Assembly (NCBI GenBank): GCA_965262775.1
Contig: CBDHFT010000006.1
Location: 257,325-321,324 of the forward strand
Direction: 5' to 3'
DNA from: Alphaproteobacteria bacterium
GTDB lineage: Bacteria; Pseudomonadota; Alphaproteobacteria; JASGCL01
Length of the DNA stretch: 64,000 nt
Numbering within the stretch: the stretch's first letter is position 1; the number at the start of each line of letters is the position of its first letter. Under the pieces are notes generated by a model, which ran no database searches, had not been told where the DNA came from, and saw nothing but the letters and a program-made list of their open reading frames with translations. A program made the position numbers and the translations under genes. Below, piece by piece: positions 28,165 through 34,935 of the stretch.

Positions 28165-29013
28165 ATGTTATTATATTTTACCATCCGTAAAAAAATAAAA
28201 AGTTGGTTGATTACCAATCAGCCATTTGTTTGGCGATTTTTAAAGTTAGCAAAGAAAATATATACAAATAAAATATTAAGTTATCACTTTGATTCACCAG
28301 TTATTAAGGTGATAAGAAAATACAAATTAAAAATCAATGGCGTTATTCAGGTGGGTGGGCATCATGGCGAAGAAATTAAACCACTGGTAAATTTTGGTAT
28401 AAAAAAAATATCAATTTTTGAACCGATAAAATATAATTTAGAAATATTGGAAGCGGTTGTTAAATCATATAAAGAAAAAAATAAATTAATAATAATTCAT
28501 CCCGTGGCTTTGGGTAGCAAGCAACAGAAAATTAAGATACACGTGGCGGATAATTGGGGGGCAAGTAGTTCTATTCTAAAACCTAAAAAACATCTTGAGT
28601 ATTATAAAGATATTACTTTCAAAAATTCTGAAGAGATAAATATGTCCACATTGGATGTAATGATTGATGTGAAAGATAATGCAAATTTTTTAATGATGGA
28701 TGTTCAAGGATATGAATTAGAAGTATTAAAAGGTGGAGATAAAACATTAAGAAAAATTGATTACATTTATTCAGAAATTACTCGTGAAGAATTATATGAA
28801 GGAAATGTTATGGTAAACGAATTAGATGAATTCCTTTTTGCATATAATTTTCTTAGAATTTATACAGAATGGTGGGGCGATGGTTATGATGGCAATGCGC
28901 TGTATGTTAAAAAAAATCTATTAAGAAAATATTTAGGCGTTGTATATTATTGGTATACAATAAAAAAAATATTCAAAAGTTATCATTATAAATCTTTGCA
29001 TCGAGGGAAATAA
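28165..29013 (+). CDS. FkbM-family SAM-dependent methyltransferase (PF05050-like)
   Basis: Motifs GVIQVGGHHGEE..ISIFEP, ALGS and FLMMDVQGYELEVLKG fit the FkbM pattern. I place the start at the ATG at 28165, 1 nt after the cysD stop. The track ORF start at 28060 lies inside cysD in another frame. The gene is visibly far more AT-rich than its neighbours. Confidence 0.7.
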   Translation: MLLYFTIRKKIKSWLITNQPFVWRFLKLAKKIYTNKILSYHFDSPVIKVIRKYKLKINGVIQVGGHHGEEIKPLVNFGIKKISIFEPIKYNLEILEAVVKSYKEKNKLIIIHPVALGSKQQKIKIHVADNWGASSSILKPKKHLEYYKDITFKNSEEINMSTLDVMIDVKDNANFLMMDVQGYELEVLKGGDKTLRKIDYIYSEITREELYEGNVMVNELDEFLFAYNFLRIYTEWWGDGYDGNALYVKKNLLRKYLGVVYYWYTIKKIFKSYHYKSLHRGK

Positions 29014-29017
29014 AACA

Positions 29018-30379
29018 ATGAAAGAAACTTTACGCGTTATTACAGCAGGCAGCGTCGACGACGGCAAATCAACCCTTATCGGGCGGTTGCTGTATGACGC
29101 CAAGGTTTTAACCCGCGACCAGTTGGATATATTGGAAGAAGGGCAAGAAACAAACACCGCCAATCGGCGGCAGGATGCTGGGCCTGACTTTGCCGCACTG
29201 ACCGATGGTTTGCTGGCCGAAAAAGAACAAGGCATAACGATAGACGTGGCTTACCGTTATTTCACAACCCAAAGCCGCCGCTATATTTTGGCCGATTGCC
29301 CTGGGCACGAGGCCTACACCCGCAACATGGTCACGGGGGCATCCACCGCCGATGTTGCCATTATTTTGATAGACCCGACCAAGTTGGATTTTACAAAATC
29401 GGGCGATGATTTGCTCCTTATCCAGACTAAACGTCATAGCACGGTGCTGTTGATGTTGGGGGTGCGGCATATTATTGTCGCGGTGAATAAAATGGATGCG
29501 ATAGAATTTGATGAAAAAAAATTTCAGCAAATTGCGAAGGCCTATTCGGATTTTTTTACAAAATCTTATGGCAGGATTTTTTACAATATCATGGGCAACC
29601 CGCGGGGCGACGGGACGCAAACTATCCAACCACTTATTATTCCGTTATCGGCCAAGGAAGGCGATAACATCGTCGATGCTTCGACCAATTTACAATGGTA
29701 TAGGGGTAAACCATTGTTGCAATATTTGGACGAGCTGGTTTTGGAAAAGAAAGACGGCGCGAAGACGCGGGCGGATGTTTCGATTCTGCCCGTGCAATAT
29801 GTTTTAAAAGAAGAAAAGGGCACAGGGGTAAGGTTTCGCGGGTATCAAGGGCGGGTTGAACATGGCGATTTTAAGGCAGGGCAAGATGTTATCATATTCC
29901 CGAGCGGCGCCAAAACATCTATCAAAGCAATTTACAATACGGTTGATGGCGCAACCACCAGCATGGCGAAGCTTGACGATGTGGTAACGATACAATTAAC
30001 GACCGAGGTTGATGTGAGCCGTGGTGATTATATCATCCACGACACAGGCAAAGATAAGGATAATAAAAATTTTAATGCCATCGTTTGCTGGCTTGATAAG
30101 GAACCCTTTAACCAAGCCATCAAATACAAATTGAAACATACCACCAAAGAAGTGCAAGCAAAATTAAGCAATATCAATATATTAAATTTAAATAAGATAG
30201 AAGAACAGCTTGATGAAGTTGCAGGCGAGTTGCAAATGAACACCATCGCCAAGGTTGCGGTGAAGGTGAGCGATGACCTCCATGCTTCGGCCTATGATAC
30301 GAATCGTTCGCTGGGGGCATTTATTTTAATCGACCCCACCACTTACCATACGGTGGCGGCGGGGGTTATCACACCTTAG
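29018..30379 (+). CDS. cysN: Sulfate adenylyltransferase subunit 1 (GTPase), not fused to an APS kinase
   Basis: Motifs GSVDDGKSTLIGRLL, DCPGHEAY and NKMD are present. At 453 aa there is no room for a CysC domain. Confidence 0.95.
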   Translation: MKETLRVITAGSVDDGKSTLIGRLLYDAKVLTRDQLDILEEGQETNTANRRQDAGPDFAALTDGLLAEKEQGITIDVAYRYFTTQSRRYILADCPGHEAYTRNMVTGASTADVAIILIDPTKLDFTKSGDDLLLIQTKRHSTVLLMLGVRHIIVAVNKMDAIEFDEKKFQQIAKAYSDFFTKSYGRIFYNIMGNPRGDGTQTIQPLIIPLSAKEGDNIVDASTNLQWYRGKPLLQYLDELVLEKKDGAKTRADVSILPVQYVLKEEKGTGVRFRGYQGRVEHGDFKAGQDVIIFPSGAKTSIKAIYNTVDGATTSMAKLDDVVTIQLTTEVDVSRGDYIIHDTGKDKDNKNFNAIVCWLDKEPFNQAIKYKLKHTTKEVQAKLSNINILNLNKIEEQLDEVAGELQMNTIAKVAVKVSDDLHASAYDTNRSLGAFILIDPTTYHTVAAGVITP

Positions 30380-30722
30380 CGTGGACGCAGGCATAAAAAC
30401 AAAAGTAGTTTTTGTTTATTTATTTCCTAAATAATTGTTATATAATAATTTTTATTAAAAAATCCTTGCAAATATCATAACAGTCTTTAGATAGGCCGCA
30501 GGGCATGGCATTTCATTGGGGCAATGGCGTAGCATAGCGCGCAAAACATACGGCTTGGTTGCGGGTTAATAGCGTGCGGCAAGATTTTATTGTCTGCCCG
30601 TCCCATGCAGATTCATTGCAAGACTCGCCCAGACAGTGTAGAGAGTAGGTAAGTATTTCTTTTGGTTGAGGGGCAGATGCCAGAAGGCGAGTCTGTAACA
30701 ATTATTATGTAAAGGAAATACC

Positions 30723-31652
30723 ATGATACAATATTTATACAAAACCAAATTGCTTGGTGCGGCGGGTCTATGCCTGTTGCTTTTAACCTGCCACACTGCA
30801 ACTGCCCAAGATAAAGATATTTGTCGAACGGTGCGTTTCGCCCATCCTGGGTGGGCCGACCTTGATATCAGCATTGGTTGGTCAGGAACATTGCTGAGGG
30901 CTTTGGGATACAAAACATCGCAGGTGAATGTTAGTTCGACGATAAGTTTTGCCTCGCTCAAAAATAAAGATCTGGATATTGCGCTGGCCACGTGGTTGCC
31001 CGCGGGCGAAAAATTGTTGCAGCAATATAAGGGTAATTACGATAAATTGGGGCTTAACCTGCCCAAAATGCGCTATACCCTGGCGACGACCAAGCATGCT
31101 TACGATGCGGGGTTAAAATCTTGGCAAGATATTCCCAAATTTGAAAAGGAATTAAAGGGAAAGATATATGGCATTGAACCTGGCTCGGCGGGGAATGAGC
31201 ATATTGCCGATTTTACCAAAGACATGGGTATCAATAAAAAATTTAAAGTTGTCGAGGCCTCGACCAACGCCATGTTGGCCCAGGTTGAAAAGAATCTGAA
31301 TGGTTTTATCGTCTACTTGGCTTGGGATGGTCACTGGATGAGCAAATATAATCCACAATATCTTTCGGGCGGTGAAAAATGGTTGGGAAAAGATTCGGTA
31401 GTTATCACCATCGCGCGTAAAGATTATAAAGTCGATTGCCCCAATGTGGCACAATTTTTTAAAAACTTCCAAATGGATATGGGTGCTTTGAATGAATCGG
31501 TTAACAAGGTCGCCGATAAGCAGCCCGTGGATAAGGTAACCACCGATTGGCTAAAAAATCACCCCGCGGTGGTTGAAAAATGGCTGCAGGGGGTGACAAC
31601 CTTTGACGGCCGTCCTGGTTTACCCGTGGTGAAAGCAGCCCTTGGTATGTAG
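30723..31652 (+). CDS. Periplasmic substrate-binding protein, glycine betaine/choline-type (ProX/OpuAC-like)
   Basis: The 309-aa product has a signal peptide. The OpuAC-like pattern includes FAHPGWADLDIS, GIEPGSAGN and YLAWDGHWM. Confidence 0.7.
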   Translation: MIQYLYKTKLLGAAGLCLLLLTCHTATAQDKDICRTVRFAHPGWADLDISIGWSGTLLRALGYKTSQVNVSSTISFASLKNKDLDIALATWLPAGEKLLQQYKGNYDKLGLNLPKMRYTLATTKHAYDAGLKSWQDIPKFEKELKGKIYGIEPGSAGNEHIADFTKDMGINKKFKVVEASTNAMLAQVEKNLNGFIVYLAWDGHWMSKYNPQYLSGGEKWLGKDSVVITIARKDYKVDCPNVAQFFKNFQMDMGALNESVNKVADKQPVDKVTTDWLKNHPAVVEKWLQGVTTFDGRPGLPVVKAALGM

Positions 31653-31788
31653 CATGGTATTAGGAGCGCGAGGCAAGCCATAACAGCGCGATTTTTTTCA
31701 TAAAAGACGGTTTAGGCGAGCCAAATTCGGACTATTTGGGGTGGCGTAAATACAGGTAAATAACCCATGATAATTTATTAAATAATTA

Positions 31789-31817
31789 TTGCAAATTTTG
31801 TTTATAATATATATAGT
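31789..31817 (+). promoter_or_regulatory. Sigma70-type promoter for the second ProX-like gene
   Basis: TTGCAA lies at 31789-31794 and TATAGT at 31812-31817, separated by 17 nt. Confidence 0.45.
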
Positions 31818-31901
31818 TGTAATGCCTTATTTTTGAGCTTGGGTATGCCAACTTGAAGGCGGGGCAATAACAAACTTATTATTATGAAGGAGAAATACAT
31901 C

Positions 31902-32831
31902 ATGATAAAATATTCAAACAAGGCCAAATTATTTGGACTTGGACTGTTATCGTTGGTGGCTTTGACCGCCCATGACGCAGTTGCCAAAGACAAAGATATT
32001 TGTAAGACTGTGCGTTTTGCAAATCCAGGTTGGCCTGATCTTGATATCAGCATTGGCTGGTCTAGCAAATTGTTGCAAGCGTTGGGTTATCAAACCAAAC
32101 AAACCCAAGTTAGCACCACTGTTACCTTTGCTTCTTTAAAGAACAAAGATTTGGACATTATGTTAGCCAATTGGTTGCCTTCCGATGAAAAATTGGAAAA
32201 AGAATACAAAGGTAATTATGACAAATTGGGATTAAATCTGCCCAAAATGCGTTATACCTTGGCGACAACCAAACATGCCTATGATGCTGGTTTAAAATCT
32301 TGGAAAGATATTCCAAAATTTGAAAAAGAATTAAAAGGCAAAATCTATGGTATCGAACCCGGTTCGGCTGGTAACGGTCACGTGGTTGATTTCACCAAAG
32401 ACATGGGCGTTGACAAAAAATTCAAAGTTGTTGAATCTTCCACCAACGCTATGTTGGCGGAGGTTGCCAAAAACCTTAATGGTTTTATCGTCTACCTCGC
32501 TTGGGATGGTCACTGGATGAGCAAATATAATCCACAATACCTCTCGGGTGGCGAAAAATGGTTGGGTAAAGACTCGATTGTTACCACCTTGGGCCGCAAA
32601 GATTATAAAGCCGATTGCCCCAACGTGGCTCGGTTCTTTAAAAACTTTCAAATGGACCTTGGCGCTTTGAATCAATCAATCGCCGCGGTTGCTGATAAAA
32701 AATCTGTTGATTCAGTGGTTACGGCATGGTTAAAAGCCAACCCCGCCACGGTTCAAAAATGGGTAAATGGCGTGACCACATTTGATGGTCAACCTGGCTT
32801 ACCCGCCGTTAAAAAAGCTCTCGGAATGTAA
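31902..32831 (+). CDS. Periplasmic substrate-binding protein, ProX/OpuAC-like, paralog of 30723..31652
   Basis: It aligns end to end with the upstream paralog, at roughly three quarters identity by eye. The ATG at 31902 (MIKYSNKAKL) follows GAAGGAG at good spacing and matches the paralog N-terminus. The track start is 31884. Confidence 0.7.
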   Translation: MIKYSNKAKLFGLGLLSLVALTAHDAVAKDKDICKTVRFANPGWPDLDISIGWSSKLLQALGYQTKQTQVSTTVTFASLKNKDLDIMLANWLPSDEKLEKEYKGNYDKLGLNLPKMRYTLATTKHAYDAGLKSWKDIPKFEKELKGKIYGIEPGSAGNGHVVDFTKDMGVDKKFKVVESSTNAMLAEVAKNLNGFIVYLAWDGHWMSKYNPQYLSGGEKWLGKDSIVTTLGRKDYKADCPNVARFFKNFQMDLGALNQSIAAVADKKSVDSVVTAWLKANPATVQKWVNGVTTFDGQPGLPAVKKALGM

Positions 32832-32932
32832 TAGCGGACTGTAGCAATACAGCCACTACCAAGGAAAAAAACGGTAGGATGTAATCAGTTACTTTCTATG
32901 AGTTAAATAATTTGTGGTTTTCACAATATACA

Positions 32933-32980
32933 ATCCCCGTCGATAATTTATTAAATTATTTTATCGGCGGGGATTATTTT
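32933..32980 (+). terminator. Rho-independent terminator after the second ProX-like gene
   Basis: A 14-bp stem pairs ATCCCCGTCGATAA (32933-32946) with TTATCGGCGGGGAT (32961-32974), with one G-U pair. A T-rich tract (TATTTT) follows. Confidence 0.7.
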
Positions 32981-33003
32981 ATGCAAAAATAAGGATTATC
33001 ATC

Positions 33004-33912
33004 ATGCAATATGGATTTGTGGGATTAGGACATTTGGGCGAAAAAATGGCTGGGTGTTTGGTGCGCGGCGGTTTGTCGGTTATGGTTTATGATTTAAACA
33101 AAACCGCGGTAGAACGTTTGGTCAAGAAAGGCGCGACCGCGGGAACATCCGCGGCGGAGGTTGCTGGCCAGGTGGATGCGGTTATTACCTGCTTACCATC
33201 GCCCAATATATCTGAAAAAGTTTTATTAGAAATGTTGCCAGCATTTAAAAAAGGCGCAACATGGATAGAAATGAGCACCCTTGATAGGGATAATATCATT
33301 CGTTTGGCGTCGATGGCCGCGGAAAAAGGCATCAACACGCTGGAATGCCCGGTGACGGGCGGCGTGCATTTGGCCGATGTTGGCAAGGTCACGGTTTTGG
33401 TGGGGGGCGACAGGCAATTATTTTCGAAACATGAAAAGGCTTTAAAGTTGATAGGGTCGCGGGTATTTTTTATGGGGAAGATTGGTTCGGCGGCGATTAT
33501 CAAGGTTATCACCAACATGTTGGCCTTCATTAATTTGGTGGGGTGTAGCGAGGCGTTGATGCTTGCCAAAAGGGGCGGGCTGGATTTGGGCACCGCCTAC
33601 GAAGCCATCAAAGCCAGTTCGGGCAATAGTTTCGTTCATGAAACCGAAGGGGCATTAATTTTAAATGGCAGTTACGATATTGATTTCACGATGGATCTAA
33701 CTTTAAAAGATTTAGGTTTTGCCTTGGGCTTTGGTCGCGAATTTGGTGTGCCCTTGACGCTTGCTTCAGTGCTGATCCCAACTTTTTTAAGTGGCAAGGC
33801 TGCCTATGGCGGCAATGCGCAATCAACCCAAATTGCAAAATTGTTGGAGGATTTGCTTAAAACCGACCTGCGGGCTGCGGGTTATCCTGCCAAATTGGTT
33901 GCCAAGGAATAG
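33004..33912 (+). CDS. NAD(P)-dependent oxidoreductase of the 3-hydroxyisobutyrate/6-phosphogluconate dehydrogenase family
   Basis: It has an N-terminal Rossmann motif (GFVGLGHLGEKMA), and the 302-aa product matches the beta-hydroxyacid dehydrogenase pattern. Confidence 0.8.
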   Translation: MQYGFVGLGHLGEKMAGCLVRGGLSVMVYDLNKTAVERLVKKGATAGTSAAEVAGQVDAVITCLPSPNISEKVLLEMLPAFKKGATWIEMSTLDRDNIIRLASMAAEKGINTLECPVTGGVHLADVGKVTVLVGGDRQLFSKHEKALKLIGSRVFFMGKIGSAAIIKVITNMLAFINLVGCSEALMLAKRGGLDLGTAYEAIKASSGNSFVHETEGALILNGSYDIDFTMDLTLKDLGFALGFGREFGVPLTLASVLIPTFLSGKAAYGGNAQSTQIAKLLEDLLKTDLRAAGYPAKLVAKE

Positions 33913-34095
33913 GCAGTTTTTTCTTTAGCTTTTTGTAAGCCAAGTTCAACCTTGGTCATGCGTTTTTTTGTGCGGGTTAGGGTCGCGGGTGATCAGGACT
34001 CGCCATGAGGTCGCGATGGCGGGGCGATGGCGTCGCCACGGGGTCGCCATGGGCATTACATGGGCGTTGCATGGTTTTATAAATCTTAGGCTTTG

Positions 34096-34458
34096 TTATT
34101 TAGGCTGGTTGTCGTCGGTGGTGGTGGTGGATATGCGCCTTATGATATTAAAAATACCAGCGGCAATGCCAAAAAAACCAAAGATAATGGTTAACCACGG
34201 TTTGGTGCCAAACCATTTATCCAAACCAAAGCCAAAACCAAACCCGACTATCAAGGCGGCGAACATCTCAACCGCCAATGAAACACCATAACCATAACCC
34301 TGGTCGTCTTGGCCGTTATTTGCTTGGCGGCGGTTGTTTTTTTTGAAGGAGGCCAATTTCCTCTCTAATATTTCCTGCTTATGTTGCAGGCTGTCGCTGC
34401 TGTTCTTACGCGGGGGCGCGTCCTTATTATCTTTCATTTTTTGCTTTTTATCCTTCAT
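34096..34458 (-). CDS. AtpI/AtpZ-like small membrane protein
   Basis: The N-terminus is Lys-rich and is followed by two hydrophobic helices (LAVEMFAALIVGFGFGFGLDKWFGTKPWLTIIFGFFGIAAGIFNIIRR), as in ATP synthase protein I-like proteins. No atp genes are adjacent. Confidence 0.55.
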   Translation of the reverse strand: MKDKKQKMKDNKDAPPRKNSSDSLQHKQEILERKLASFKKNNRRQANNGQDDQGYGYGVSLAVEMFAALIVGFGFGFGLDKWFGTKPWLTIIFGFFGIAAGIFNIIRRISTTTTDDNQPK

Positions 34459-34826
34459 GTTTGGTGGGGGTGGGTTTGGATCCCTGCCGCATTATATACA
34501 ATATTCCCCCCAATGTCTAAAAATATGATTTTTTAGGTGAAATTATTGGCGCGGGGCTGGTTCGTTGCCCGATTCGCAGTTTTCACCCTTATGATTGGTT
34601 AAAAAAGAGGTTTTTTATCTCTTTTCTGAGTTTTTTTTCAGCAACCAACAGCAATTATAAAATATAAACCATATTTTTCCGCCTAAGTAGCGGTTTTTTA
34701 CACATTATATAAAATTATAATCCATTGATTTTTAATGATTTGTTTAAAAGTATGTTTAATAATTATAATAATACAAAATAATATACTACTTTTAACCATT
34801 ATAAGATAAAAATATACCTTTTTGTA

Positions 34827-34855
34827 TTGACAAAAGGTGATTTATGTAGTATATT
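34827..34855 (+). promoter_or_regulatory. Near-consensus sigma70-type promoter for the giant repeat-protein gene
   Basis: TTGACA lies at 34827-34832 and TATATT at 34850-34855, separated by 17 nt. It sits about 80 nt upstream of the ATG at 34936, within a 470-bp AT-rich intergenic region. Confidence 0.55.
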
Positions 34856-34935
34856 ATTTTTATAAATGGATATAGATAGTTAAAAAAAACTACTTTATAG
34901 CCATTTTGGAGAAAACGGACGGAAAAGGAAACATC

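Noticed and set aside
30395-30425. An A/T-only hairpin (AAACAAAA / TTTTGTTT) after cysN as a terminator.
   Set aside because: The stem is almost entirely A-T and very weak, so I do not call it as a feature. It may still contribute to termination.
31830-31880. CTTGAAGGCGGGGCAATAA upstream of the second ProX-like gene resembles the ACCGAAGGGGCAA core of glycine riboswitches.
   Set aside because: It is a single short match. The GGAGAG/CUCUGGAGAG elements and a second aptamer are missing, and the leader is too short for a glycine riboswitch.
33968-34291. A plus-strand 107-aa ORF (MCGLGSRVIRTRHEVAMAGRWRRHGVAMG...).
   Set aside because: Its first part is translated from the GC-rich repeat element. 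The rest is antisense to the AtpI-like gene. It has no ribosome-binding site and no protein-like pattern.
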